IMG/VR virus record: IMGVR_UViG_3300008117_006295
Location: 13,132-77,131 of that record
DNA: 64,000 nucleotides
Direction: 5' to 3' (one strand)
Source: a virus
Every line of letters starts with the position of its first letter. The stretch's first letter is position 1. Under the pieces are notes generated by a model that was not told the DNA's origin, ran no database searches, and saw only the letters and a program-made list of their open reading frames with translations. The translations under genes and the position numbers were made by a program. This document shows positions 17,797-27,970 of the stretch, in pieces.

Positions 17797-18837
17797 ATGA
17801 TAATAACTTATTTAAGAAGTTCTAGTTATGGCACTCATTCTATGTGTGAGCAGCAATATTTTATAGAATATGTTCTTGGATTAAAAAGTCCATCAAATAA
17901 AAAAGCAGACAAAGGCACAATATGTCATAAGATATTAGAAATTTTAGCAGATATTAAGCTAGCTATTCAAAGCGATAAAACAATAATTAATGATGATATT
18001 GTTGGTAAATTAGATATTAATAATTATGATCTAAATAAAATTTCAGAACAAGTATATAAATATTATACTTCTCAATTTACTCACCATAAATGGGAATCTA
18101 AAGATCAAAAAGATTGTATTAATTGGGTTAATAAAGCTTTAACTTATAATAATGGTATGTTTGATCCTCGCAATAGAGAAATAGTACAATCTGAACAAAG
18201 ATTTGATATTGAAATTAAAAAAGAATGGTCAAAATATGAATACGATTTGAATGGTGAGATAATCAAAGGTAATCTTGCTATAAAAGGAACTATCGATTTA
18301 ATAACTAAGGTTAATGATTCTACTTTAGAAATAATTGACTGGAAAACTGGTCGTAGATTAGATTGGGCCACTGGAGAAGAAAAAACTCATGAAAAATTAC
18401 AGAATGATCCACAGTTAAGAATGTATCATTATGCTGTTAGTCATATCTATCCTCAATATGATCATATAATGGTAAGTATTAATTTTATTAATGATGGTGG
18501 AGTATTCTCTATATGTTATGATAAAAGCGATTTACCAAAAACCGAAATGATGTTGTGTAAAAAATTCGAAACAATCAAAAAGAGTAATCGTCCTATTTTA
18601 AGTAAATCATGGAAATGCAATAAACTTTGTCATTTTGGTAAAACTACTTTCCAAGATTCTCACGTTCTTCCTATATTAGAGTATAGAGAAAATCAATTAG
18701 TACCACAAGGTAATTTTATGACCAAGTGCGAACAAATAAAGCATGATATCGATCTCAAAGGTATAAAAAGCGTTGTTGACGAATACACAACTCCGGGCTA
18801 TACTGTAGGACACTACAAGTCTCCGGGAAGCACCTAA
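17797..18837 (+). CDS. Cas4/AddB-like PD-(D/E)xK exonuclease with probable Fe-S cysteines
   Basis: CEQQY, GTICH, KGTIDL, IIDWKTG, QLRMY, WKCNKLC...C. Confidence 0.85.
   Translation: MIITYLRSSSYGTHSMCEQQYFIEYVLGLKSPSNKKADKGTICHKILEILADIKLAIQSDKTIINDDIVGKLDINNYDLNKISEQVYKYYTSQFTHHKWESKDQKDCINWVNKALTYNNGMFDPRNREIVQSEQRFDIEIKKEWSKYEYDLNGEIIKGNLAIKGTIDLITKVNDSTLEIIDWKTGRRLDWATGEEKTHEKLQNDPQLRMYHYAVSHIYPQYDHIMVSINFINDGGVFSICYDKSDLPKTEMMLCKKFETIKKSNRPILSKSWKCNKLCHFGKTTFQDSHVLPILEYRENQLVPQGNFMTKCEQIKHDIDLKGIKSVVDEYTTPGYTVGHYKSPGST
18776..18804 (+). promoter_or_regulatory. sigma70-type promoter for the dnaE operon
   Basis: TTGACG (18776-18781), 17 nt spacer, TATACT (18799-18804), inside the 3' end of the upstream CDS. 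Confidence 0.7.
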
Positions 18838-18842
18838 AATTT

Positions 18843-20717
18843 ATGAATTATTCAGTACTACATTGTCATTCTATGCATTCTTTATTGGACGGGTTAAGTA
18901 AACCAAGTTCTATAGCAGATAGGTGCGTAGAAATTGGTGTTAAAGCATGCGCATTAACTGATCATGGAAATATTTCAGGCGCTGTTAAATTTTATTCGGC
19001 TATGAAAAAAGCAGGAGTAAAACCTATCTTAGGATGCGAATTATATATTTGTGATCAAGATGCATCAATTAAGGACGCATCCAATAAAAAACTAAGCCAT
19101 TTTTTAGTATTGGCCAAAAATCTTCAAGGATGGAAAAGTCTGGTCCGTTTAGTTTCAGAGAGCAACAACCCTGATCTTTTTTATTTCAAGCCACGCCTCA
19201 ATCTGGAGCGCCTAGAGAAGTATTGTCGAGGTAATCTGATAGGAGTCTGTGGTCATCTTGGGTCATACTTGGCCGATAAGATTTTGGATGATAAAAATGA
19301 ACTAATTCCAGATTATCTTACCGTTGGTATTGAAGCAGTTAAAAAATTGCATTCTATATTTGGACCAGAAAATGTATTCTTGGAATCACAACTTATTGAT
19401 CAAGAAAATCTTCCTTGTCAGGTTATTTTAACAAATGCTATTAGAGAAATTGGTAAAAAGACAAATACCAAAATTATAGCAACTCCAGATGCTCATTATG
19501 CTAGGCGTAGTGATGCTGTTGATCAAAGAATTTTATTATGTACTAATCTCAAAACCACATTACCAGAAATTAGTAGAAAAATCAGCAATAATGAAGATGT
19601 TCCAATGGGATGTTTTTTCTTGTCAGATAACTATCATATTCCATCTTATGATGAATTGATAGAGCTGCACCCTGCTGAAGAATTAGAGAATACTAATTTG
19701 GTAGCCTCTATGATTGAAGACTATAATATTTTAAGTAAACCAAGGCTACCGCCATTTTCTTGTCCAAAAGGCTACGATCCTGATACATACTTAAGACAAC
19801 TATGTAGAAATGGTTGGAAACAAAAAATAGCTAATATAGTACCAAAACATGATCATCAACAATATACTGATCGTATCAAATACGAATTAGAAGTTTTACA
19901 AGGTGCGGGATTATCTAGTTATTTCTTGATTGTACAAGATGTTGTTGATTATGTTCGTAAACAAAATTGGCTTCCCGGTCCTGGAAGAGGAAGTGCTGCT
20001 GGATGTTTGGTATCTTATTTGATAGGTATAACAAGCATTGATCCAATAAAATACGGATTAATTTTTGATAGATTCTATAATGCTGGTAGAAATACAGCTG
20101 ATCATATTTCTATGCCAGATATTGATGTTGACGTTCCTATTAATAAAAGAGAATATGTAATTGAATATATTAAAAATAAATACGGGGCAGATAAAGTCTC
20201 TCAAATGGTTACATTCAATACGATGAAGGGAAGAGGCGCTCTCAAAGATGTTTTAAGAGCATATGGAAATATTACATTTGATGAAATGAATAAAATAACT
20301 AAAAATATTCCTGATGAAGCTAAAATTGCTGATGAACTACAAGAAATGAAAGAAGAAACCGGGGAAGCATCTATTATTAGATGGGCATTAGAAAATAAGA
20401 GCGATGACTTAAGAGAATGGTGCTATATAGATGATAATAATGAATTACAAGGACCACTTGCAAAACGTTTCGAACAAGCTATTAGATTAGAAGGCACAAA
20501 AACAAACCAATCTAAACATGCTGCTGGTATTGCGATCAGTAGTATGCCATTGGGAGAATGTTGCCCCATGGTTTACGATACAAAAAATGATAAACCTATT
20601 GCAGGAATGGAAATGCAAGATCTAGAAAGTATCGGAATTATTAAGTTTGATATACTCGGCGTAGCAATGTTAGACAAAATTATGTTTATTGAAGATTTAC
20701 TTTTACAAGGAGCTTAA
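18843..20717 (+). CDS. dnaE: DNA polymerase III alpha, N-terminal part (PHP + palm/thumb)
   Basis: LHCHSMHSLLDG, TDHG, DAHY, GPGRGSAAG, MPDIDVD, HAAG; ends just after KFDILG. Confidence 0.93.
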   Translation: MNYSVLHCHSMHSLLDGLSKPSSIADRCVEIGVKACALTDHGNISGAVKFYSAMKKAGVKPILGCELYICDQDASIKDASNKKLSHFLVLAKNLQGWKSLVRLVSESNNPDLFYFKPRLNLERLEKYCRGNLIGVCGHLGSYLADKILDDKNELIPDYLTVGIEAVKKLHSIFGPENVFLESQLIDQENLPCQVILTNAIREIGKKTNTKIIATPDAHYARRSDAVDQRILLCTNLKTTLPEISRKISNNEDVPMGCFFLSDNYHIPSYDELIELHPAEELENTNLVASMIEDYNILSKPRLPPFSCPKGYDPDTYLRQLCRNGWKQKIANIVPKHDHQQYTDRIKYELEVLQGAGLSSYFLIVQDVVDYVRKQNWLPGPGRGSAAGCLVSYLIGITSIDPIKYGLIFDRFYNAGRNTADHISMPDIDVDVPINKREYVIEYIKNKYGADKVSQMVTFNTMKGRGALKDVLRAYGNITFDEMNKITKNIPDEAKIADELQEMKEETGEASIIRWALENKSDDLREWCYIDDNNELQGPLAKRFEQAIRLEGTKTNQSKHAAGIAISSMPLGECCPMVYDTKNDKPIAGMEMQDLESIGIIKFDILGVAMLDKIMFIEDLLLQGA

Positions 20718-20718
20718 A

Positions 20719-20901
20719 ATGGCAACGGTAGAATTCAAAGACTTGGCAGAAGGAGCAGAGTTTATTTACAATAGTATACAGTATAAAAAAATTCCTGTTA
20801 TCAAAGTAAGTTGTTGTACATCCTTGAATGCAGAGAATATTACTGATTCTAATAAAAAAATTATGATTAGACCACTAGAAAAGGTTGAAGTTAATGAATA
20901 A
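20719..20901 (+). CDS. Small hypothetical protein
   Basis: AGGAG RBS; MATVEFKDLAEGAEFIYN...VSCC. Confidence 0.65.
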   Translation: MATVEFKDLAEGAEFIYNSIQYKKIPVIKVSCCTSLNAENITDSNKKIMIRPLEKVEVNE

Positions 20902-21583
20902 TAACAAAATTTGCGTTTTTGATTTCGAGACAGATGGATCAAATCCAGATTTCTGTAGTCCTGTACAAATAGCTGCTGTAATGATAGATCCGGTTAGTTT
21001 AGAAATTATTGATGGTTCAGAATTTAATGTAAACTTTAAACCAGAAGTGATAGAACAGAATGAAAATTATGAATATACAACTGATATCTTAGATTTTCAT
21101 GCTAAAGTTAGAGGATGTTCAAAAGCCGATATTCTAAAACAGTGGCAACAATATCCTAAACAAGAATATAGTTGGCAATTATTTATTAATTATTTACAGA
21201 ATTATCATACTAGAAGTAGTCGCAAAAGTCAATTTAGCGCCCCTATTGCCGCTGGATATAATATACATAGATTTGATCTTCGTATTATAGAAAGACTTAG
21301 CTCAAAATATAATAATCTAAATAAAGAAAATCGATCAGATATCTTTTATCCTCGTGATACATTAGATATAATGGGACTAATGTTTTATTGGTTTGAAGCA
21401 AGTAATGAACTCAATAGTTATTCTTTAGATACTGTGAGAGAATACTTTGGTATTAGTGGAGAGGGTGCTCATGATGCACTAAAAGACGTTAAAGATTGTG
21501 CGGAAATATTAACGAGATTTATGAAACTACATCGTAATCTTTCATCGAAAGTAAAATTTAAAAATTCATTTTTGGGAAAATAA
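20894..21583 (+). CDS. dnaQ: DEDDh 3'-5' exonuclease (Pol III epsilon-like)
   Basis: VFDFETDG, GYNIHRFD, AHDALKDV. Confidence 0.85.
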   Translation: MNNNKICVFDFETDGSNPDFCSPVQIAAVMIDPVSLEIIDGSEFNVNFKPEVIEQNENYEYTTDILDFHAKVRGCSKADILKQWQQYPKQEYSWQLFINYLQNYHTRSSRKSQFSAPIAAGYNIHRFDLRIIERLSSKYNNLNKENRSDIFYPRDTLDIMGLMFYWFEASNELNSYSLDTVREYFGISGEGAHDALKDVKDCAEILTRFMKLHRNLSSKVKFKNSFLGK

Positions 21584-23193
21584 TGTCTAAAAATTTACAA
21601 TTTAATTGTGGATGTTCTTTTAAAATCAATGATAATAGTATCGAATTTAATCCTAATATTGAAACTATTAATTTAGATTGTCAAAAAACTTGGGATTTAA
21701 TTAGCGATGGTAATACTAAGGGATGTTTTCAATTAGAAAGCAGACTTGGTAGGTCGTATGCTAAAAAACTTAAACCAGAAAATGTAGAACAGCTTTCTGC
21801 ATTAATAGCAATTATTAGACCAGGATGCTTGGAGTCTTTTAAAGACGGTAAGAGTATTACCCAGCATTATATAGATATTAAAAATGGACAAGAGTCTATT
21901 GATTATCTACATCCATCATTAGAGCCAATATTAAAGACAACATATTCTCAAATGATTTATCAAGAGCAGGCGATGCAAATAGCAAAAGATATCGCGGGAT
22001 TTAGTTTGCAAGATGCTGATTCTTTAAGAAAAGCTATCGGTAAAAAACTTCCAGAAGAAATGGCAAAAATTAAAACAAAATTTTTAGAAGGATGCAAACA
22101 AAGTAAAGTTGTTGACGAAGCAACTGCCGAACAAATATTCGGCTGGATTGAAAAAAGTCAAAGATATAGCTTTAATAAATCCCATTCTGTATCATATGCG
22201 ATGAATGCTTATTTATCAGCATATGCTAAGGCCCATTTTCCGAAAATCTTCTTCTCCTCTTATTTGTCTTTTGCTAAAGATAAAGTAGATCCACAAGATG
22301 AAATTAAGGAATTAATCCAAAATGCAAATGAGATGGATGTTGATGTAAGAACGCCAGATCTTAGAAATCTAAATAGATTTTTTCTATTAAAAAATGATAA
22401 GATTTATTTTGGACTAACAGATATAAAAGGTGTTGGTCAATCAGTTTTTGATAAAATAGTTTCAATTGTTAAAGAGTCCCATATTCATCTAGATACTGCC
22501 TGCTGGTATAAAATACTATTTAAATTATTGGTTAATATTAATTCTACAGCAGCAAAAGCATTAATACAAAGTGGTGCCTTGGACTATCTTAGTAAACCAA
22601 GACAAACAATGCTCTATGAATTTAATACTGTCAGCAATCTTACAAAGAAAGAAATAGAACACGCTCTTAATTATACCGTAGAAAATACTAGCCTAATAAT
22701 TATTCTAAATAAATTAATAGGAAATAGTAAGATTAATAAAAAACGTAAAGAAAATCTTGAAAATTTGATTTATAATCTTCAACATCCTCCTCATTCGTTG
22801 AGTGATCAAGCTGAATGGATATCTGATTGTGAATATACTTTATTAGGATATTCTATATCTTGTAGTAAGGTTGATCTTTATGATATAAGTATGACAAATA
22901 CTTCTTGCCGTGACTTTAAAAATGGTATTAATAATCAAAAATTAATTATGGGTGGAGAAATAACTGGTTGTAATGTTACCCAAACCAAAACTGGTAAAAC
23001 AAAAGGATCAGATATGGCTTTTGTAACATTACAAGACAATACTGGTGCTGTAGACTCAGTAATATTTTTTCCAGAAACATATAAAAAATATCGTAATATT
23101 TTATTTGCAGGACATGTTATTATAGTGCAGGGAGCACGATCAAAAACTGGAGACTCGTTCATTGTTGAAAAAGCTTATGTGGCAAGATCTTGA
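21583..23193 (+). CDS. dnaE: DNA polymerase III alpha, C-terminal part (fingers, HhH, OB)
   Basis: GCFQLES, IRPG, IYQEQAMQIA, ADSLRKAIGKK, YSFNKSH, FGLTDIKGVG, MAFVTLQD. Confidence 0.93.
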   Translation: MSKNLQFNCGCSFKINDNSIEFNPNIETINLDCQKTWDLISDGNTKGCFQLESRLGRSYAKKLKPENVEQLSALIAIIRPGCLESFKDGKSITQHYIDIKNGQESIDYLHPSLEPILKTTYSQMIYQEQAMQIAKDIAGFSLQDADSLRKAIGKKLPEEMAKIKTKFLEGCKQSKVVDEATAEQIFGWIEKSQRYSFNKSHSVSYAMNAYLSAYAKAHFPKIFFSSYLSFAKDKVDPQDEIKELIQNANEMDVDVRTPDLRNLNRFFLLKNDKIYFGLTDIKGVGQSVFDKIVSIVKESHIHLDTACWYKILFKLLVNINSTAAKALIQSGALDYLSKPRQTMLYEFNTVSNLTKKEIEHALNYTVENTSLIIILNKLIGNSKINKKRKENLENLIYNLQHPPHSLSDQAEWISDCEYTLLGYSISCSKVDLYDISMTNTSCRDFKNGINNQKLIMGGEITGCNVTQTKTGKTKGSDMAFVTLQDNTGAVDSVIFFPETYKKYRNILFAGHVIIVQGARSKTGDSFIVEKAYVARS

Positions 23194-23217
23194 CAACTCA
23201 CTCCACCATGATATAAT
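23190..23217 (+). promoter_or_regulatory. Strong sigma70 promoter for ssb
   Basis: TTGACA (23190-23195), 16 nt spacer, extended TGn-TATAAT (23212-23217). Confidence 0.85.
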
Positions 23218-23267
23218 ACGTTACAAAGTGTTTGGTTTTGGTTTTAACTTTTTTAGGAGATAATTAT

Positions 23268-23651
23268 ATGAATTTAGTTATTTTAAAGGGTAATTTGGCT
23301 AGAGATCCTGAATTAAGGATGGTTGGTGGCGAAAAGCAAACAGCCGTTGTTAATTTTTCCATTGCTGTTAACCGTGAATTTATACGAGCAAATGGAACTC
23401 TAGATAAGATTACAAGTTTCATTTCTTGTGAAGCCTGGGATAGCGGAGCAGAAGCGATTGCAAAGGCTTTAAAGAAGGGTGATCTAGTTCTAGTTGAAGG
23501 ATCACTAAGAAATGATAGCTGGGAAAAGGATGGAGTAAAGCATAGTACTATTAAGGTTAGGGTAAATAATTTTGCTCCATTAGCAAAAGCTCGCAGCAAA
23601 TCAGCGTCAAGCGAAAGCGATGCTGATGTAGAAGAAACAGTATCGTTCTAA
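23268..23651 (+). CDS. ssb: Single-stranded DNA-binding protein
   Basis: MNLVILKGNLARDPELR, KKGDLVLVEGSL, acidic tail ending VSF; AGGAGA RBS sets the start at 23268. Confidence 0.95.
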   Translation: MNLVILKGNLARDPELRMVGGEKQTAVVNFSIAVNREFIRANGTLDKITSFISCEAWDSGAEAIAKALKKGDLVLVEGSLRNDSWEKDGVKHSTIKVRVNNFAPLAKARSKSASSESDADVEETVSF

Positions 23652-23673
23652 TTAATCAATTGATTATTATTCT

Positions 23674-23711
23674 AGCAGTTAGGACATATCCATTGGTATG
23701 TCCTTTCTGTT
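23674..23711 (+). terminator. Rho-independent terminator after ssb
   Basis: AGGACATATC-CATT-GGTATGTCCT stem followed by TTCTGTT. Confidence 0.7.
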
Positions 23712-23735
23712 ATGAATATCAAAATAGGAATACTT

Positions 23736-25400
23736 ATGAAGAAAAGAATATTTATTTGTAATGAAGCTAGTTTTATAGCAAGTGGTTATGGTATACATGG
23801 TAAAGAACTTTTAACTAGACTTCATAATAGTGATAAATATGAGGTTGCAGAATTAGGCTGCTATTCAACAGTAAATGATCCTAGGATTCAAAATATACCA
23901 TGGAAATTTTATCCTAATCTTCCTAAGCCTGATGATACTGAAAAGCTAAACGAATATAAAAGCAATGGAAATAACCAATTCGGTCTTTGGAGATTTAATA
24001 AAGCTATAATAGATTTCAAGCCGCACATTGTTTTCGATGTTAGAGATTACTGGATGTATGCTTATCAAGAGACTAGTCCTTTACGAAAATATTTTAAATG
24101 GATTCTAATGCCAACGGTTGATAGCGCTCCTCAACATTTTGAATGGTTATCAACTTTCTGCAATGCCGATATGGTTATGCCATATACTGAATGGGCAAGA
24201 GATGTTCTTGTGAATTCTTGTGGAAATAAGATTAATTTATTTCCTAAAGTTGCATTGGCTGGTGTTAACCCTAATGATTTTTATCCTATTGATGATAGAG
24301 CATCTCTTAAAGAAAAGTATTTTGGTAGAAAAGATGCTATGATTACTGGCTTGGTTGTAAGAAACCAAAAAAGAAAACTAGTATCAGATATTCTATTAAC
24401 ATATAAAAAATATCTAAATACATTATTAATTTCTGGTAATAAAGATCTTTATGATAGATCATTCTTATACCTACACACAACATATCCTGAAGAACACGGA
24501 TGGAATATTCCTGCTTTACTTTTAGAGTTTGGTATGTTAGATAAAACTTACTTTACTCATAATTGCAGAAATTGTGGCAATATAGAAGCCTCCAAATTTC
24601 AAAATGCTGTTACTGTTTGTCAGAAATGTAATAGTGCATCAAGAACATTTCCTAATCCAACAAATCCGCTCAGTACTGAAAAATTAAATGAAATATACAA
24701 TTTGTTTGATTTATTTATACAGTATGCTATCTGTGAAGGATTTGGTTATCCTCAAATAGAAGCAGCGGCTTGTGGCGTTCCTATTGCTAGTGTTGATTAT
24801 AGCGCTATGTCAGAAATATGCCGCGATCTAAATGGAACAAAAATTCCTGTTAAGAGACTATTTAGAGAACTCGAAACAAATGCAGATAGAGCATATCCTG
24901 ATAATGATTTTACATCAAAGATGATATATGATTATTTTATCAATTATTCCGAAGAAAATGCTAAAAAATTATCTGCTGAAACTAGACAATTATGCATAAA
25001 TAAATATACTTGGGATAATGTATATAAGATATGGGAAGAATGTTTCGATAGTATAGACATATCAGATTTAAAAGATTGGAATGATCCTACTATATCAGAA
25101 GTATCGACAAATATGTCTGTTCCTGGAAATCTATCAAAAATAGAATTTGTCAAATATATTTGCGATAATATAATTAAGGAACCAAAACTATTTTATAGTG
25201 GACATATACAAATGCTTCTTAGAGATTTTCTAAGTGGTATAGTAGCTAAAAATAGTAATATTACAACTATAAATCATCAAGAAGTTGTAAATATATTAGA
25301 GCAATATTTAGTTAATAAAGTTAATCATGAAAAATTAAGAGTAAATTCACACTTATTAAAACAAGAAGATTTTATAACATGTCAGAATCCAAAGAGATGA
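23736..25400 (+). CDS. GT4 (GT-B) glycosyltransferase with inserted zinc ribbon
   Basis: SGYG, RNQKRK, EGFGYPQIEAAACGVP; CRNCG...CQKCN insert. Confidence 0.88.
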   Translation: MKKRIFICNEASFIASGYGIHGKELLTRLHNSDKYEVAELGCYSTVNDPRIQNIPWKFYPNLPKPDDTEKLNEYKSNGNNQFGLWRFNKAIIDFKPHIVFDVRDYWMYAYQETSPLRKYFKWILMPTVDSAPQHFEWLSTFCNADMVMPYTEWARDVLVNSCGNKINLFPKVALAGVNPNDFYPIDDRASLKEKYFGRKDAMITGLVVRNQKRKLVSDILLTYKKYLNTLLISGNKDLYDRSFLYLHTTYPEEHGWNIPALLLEFGMLDKTYFTHNCRNCGNIEASKFQNAVTVCQKCNSASRTFPNPTNPLSTEKLNEIYNLFDLFIQYAICEGFGYPQIEAAACGVPIASVDYSAMSEICRDLNGTKIPVKRLFRELETNADRAYPDNDFTSKMIYDYFINYSEENAKKLSAETRQLCINKYTWDNVYKIWEECFDSIDISDLKDWNDPTISEVSTNMSVPGNLSKIEFVKYICDNIIKEPKLFYSGHIQMLLRDFLSGIVAKNSNITTINHQEVVNILEQYLVNKVNHEKLRVNSHLLKQEDFITCQNPKR

Positions 25401-26149
25401 CAATAAATAATATTCATACGTCATGTAAAGATTGCGTTTTTGCAACATATGATCAAAATACACAAACCGATTGTCAGTTAAATCTAATAAATAGATATAA
25501 GGAAAGTGGAACTTCAATCATAGAAGCATATGATGATGATAAAGAATTCTTTATAGTTAACGATAGGAAATGTATCGGATACCGAACAGAGTCTTGGTAT
25601 ACTAATCTAGGATTAGAATTATCTATCGAAGAAAAAATAAAACAAATAAAAGAAACTTTTAGACTAAAATATATTTTATTTATTGATTTAAAAAATATCT
25701 CTATAGATAAACTACAAATAATCTTTAATGATATAAAAAATGCTGATATTAAACCATCAAAACTGATCTTATTAAGGTATAATTATACAAATAAAATTTT
25801 TGATTTTGATTCACTTAAAGAGCTAATAGAAAATAGCGACCTTAACTGTGAGTGGCGTGTACAAACAATGGTTGATGATGAAGTTACACTAAAGAGCTTA
25901 ATATCATCTACTATTGCCACGAATACTAAATATAAGTTTATTCTGTATATTTCTGAATATACTGATCTATTAAATAAAATAATTAATGAAGCTAATAAGA
26001 TTATTTATGATGATCTAAAAACATTTATAGTACTATCTGATAAAGAGCATAATGCAAAATTATTTTTAGGACTATTATATAGATATGTTTGGCATTCATC
26101 TGGCGTAGATATATTGGAGGAAACTAAAGATTTCACGATAGTATCATGA
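25397..26149 (+). CDS. Hypothetical protein with Cys-rich N-terminus
   Basis: SCKDCVFA...C...C; ATGA overlap. Confidence 0.65.
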   Translation: MTINNIHTSCKDCVFATYDQNTQTDCQLNLINRYKESGTSIIEAYDDDKEFFIVNDRKCIGYRTESWYTNLGLELSIEEKIKQIKETFRLKYILFIDLKNISIDKLQIIFNDIKNADIKPSKLILLRYNYTNKIFDFDSLKELIENSDLNCEWRVQTMVDDEVTLKSLISSTIATNTKYKFILYISEYTDLLNKIINEANKIIYDDLKTFIVLSDKEHNAKLFLGLLYRYVWHSSGVDILEETKDFTIVS

Positions 26150-26802
26150 AAATTATTATTCTAGGAGATAAATACCAAAAAGGAAGTAAAAGTCAAGGAT
26201 GTGCCGGATTAATAAAGATTAATAATAATTCAAATATATTAGAAAATCAGTATCTTATATTAAAGTCAAGTTTCCCAGATTCAAAAATATTTTATGTATA
26301 TGGATTTGATAATAAAAAGATCATATCATATTTTGAAAATAAAAAACTAAATATTAATTTTATATATAATGAAAAATACGACGAATACAACGAAGGGTTC
26401 TCTTTGAGTCTAATTAAGGAGTACATAGATTCTGAAACATTAATTATTTCTGGATATAATATATTTTCTCCAAATTGCTTTAAAAAATTTGATACAACAC
26501 ACTCTCAAGTTTTTGTTGATAATTCGGAAAATAGCAAAATAGGATGTATTATAAATAATAAAAATATTCTTGAGAATATCTTTTATGATCTAGATAATAA
26601 AATTCATTCAATGTTTTATCTAAACAAACCAGATGCAATCATTTTTAATAACTTATTACAATCAAAAGTATATAATGCTTTTCTATTTGAACTAATCAAT
26701 ACTTGCATATCATCAGGTTGTAATATAAAATTAAAAAATCTAAATAAAAACATAAGACATTATAAAACCACTAACAATACTAAACAATATGAAAAACATT
26801 AA
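26146..26802 (+). CDS. Nucleotidyltransferase-fold protein (LicC/GT-A-like, degenerate)
   Basis: MKIIILGDKYQKGSKSQG...LIKI...ILENQ...YNEKYDEYNEGFSL. Confidence 0.6.
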   Translation: MKIIILGDKYQKGSKSQGCAGLIKINNNSNILENQYLILKSSFPDSKIFYVYGFDNKKIISYFENKKLNINFIYNEKYDEYNEGFSLSLIKEYIDSETLIISGYNIFSPNCFKKFDTTHSQVFVDNSENSKIGCIINNKNILENIFYDLDNKIHSMFYLNKPDAIIFNNLLQSKVYNAFLFELINTCISSGCNIKLKNLNKNIRHYKTTNNTKQYEKH

Positions 26803-27178
26803 ATTATCATTTTTTATAGATGGCACAGATTCTTCCGAAATCTTGGTTAAAATTAAGGAATATTTCTCACAAAAATATACTATAGACGATGTTATAGTAT
26901 TCAGTAAAGATCCTATAATTAGCAGGATGCCAAAAGAGTATGGAATATTATCAACATACCACTTAACTTTCTATAAAGGAATAATAGTCTTTTTCACGCT
27001 AGAGGATTATTTATCCCATGAAAATATTTCATTATCAAAAGAAAGATACCTATTCATAAATGATAAAACAATTAAAGATATAGAATCTATTAATAGATCA
27101 ACTATACAAAATATTAATATGATAACTATGAACGAAGATAAAACTATTCAATTAACAAAATTACCATCAACATTATGA
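26789..27178 (+). CDS. Hypothetical protein
   Basis: Coupled ORF. Confidence 0.6.
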   Translation: MKNIKLSFFIDGTDSSEILVKIKEYFSQKYTIDDVIVFSKDPIISRMPKEYGILSTYHLTFYKGIIVFFTLEDYLSHENISLSKERYLFINDKTIKDIESINRSTIQNINMITMNEDKTIQLTKLPSTL

Positions 27179-27969
27179 ACAACTATAATAACTTATCAGA
27201 TTCCAAAAAAAAACAAATTCTAGAAAAAGAATATTGCTCGCTAAAAAAAAGCTTTGGTGAGATAGCATCTTTATATAACACTTATTCTAATAAATTAAGA
27301 AGAGACGCAATAAAATTTGGATTATCTATACGATCCAAAAGTGATGCTCAAAAAAATGCCTTATCCAAGGGTGTTGCTAAACATCCAACAAAAGGAAAAG
27401 AAAGATCAATTACAGAAAAAAATAAAATTGGACTCGGAGTAATGAAAAATTGGGAAGAGCTTCCTGATAATGAACTTCAAAAAAGAAAAAATAAAGCTAA
27501 AGAAAATTGGGATAAATTATCAGATGATACTAAAGCTAATATGATAAACTCAGCAAATGCTGCTGTAAGAGTTGCTAGTAAAGTCGGATCTAAATTAGAA
27601 AAATGTATACTAGAAAATTTACTAGCAGACGGATACAAGGTTGATTTTCATAAAGAACAAATGTTATCAAATACCAAGCTACAAATAGATATTTTTCTAC
27701 CAGAAGATAATATTGCTATTGAAGTAGATGGACCTTCTCATTATGAACCAGTATGGGGCGACGAAGCATTAAAACGTAATAAGTCTTATGATAATAAAAA
27801 GACAGGACTCATACTGGGAAAAGGGTTGGTATTAATTAGAATTAAACAGATCAAGGACTTTTCACCATCACGCGGACGATTATTATATGATCAGCTGAAA
27901 ACCGTTCTGATGCAAATTAAAGAAAAATTCCCGGACACAGACAACAGATATTTTGAATTAGGAGAATAA
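27175..27969 (+). CDS. DUF559/Vsr-like endonuclease with N-terminal DNA-binding region (possible homing endonuclease)
   Basis: HTH-like N-terminus, HPTKGKERS (NUMOD3-like), IDIFLP...IEVDGPSHY...DNKK...LIRIK. Confidence 0.75.
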   Translation: MNNYNNLSDSKKKQILEKEYCSLKKSFGEIASLYNTYSNKLRRDAIKFGLSIRSKSDAQKNALSKGVAKHPTKGKERSITEKNKIGLGVMKNWEELPDNELQKRKNKAKENWDKLSDDTKANMINSANAAVRVASKVGSKLEKCILENLLADGYKVDFHKEQMLSNTKLQIDIFLPEDNIAIEVDGPSHYEPVWGDEALKRNKSYDNKKTGLILGKGLVLIRIKQIKDFSPSRGRLLYDQLKTVLMQIKEKFPDTDNRYFELGE

Positions 27970-27970
27970 G

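Noticed and set aside
17797-18837. Cas4 as evidence of a CRISPR-Cas system
   Set aside because: No array or other cas genes are visible; solo Cas4-like nucleases are common in phage replication modules.
20600-21700. Split intein or group I intron in dnaE
   Set aside because: No intein N- or C-terminal motifs; the interval is fully occupied by two coupled ORFs including a DnaQ-like gene.
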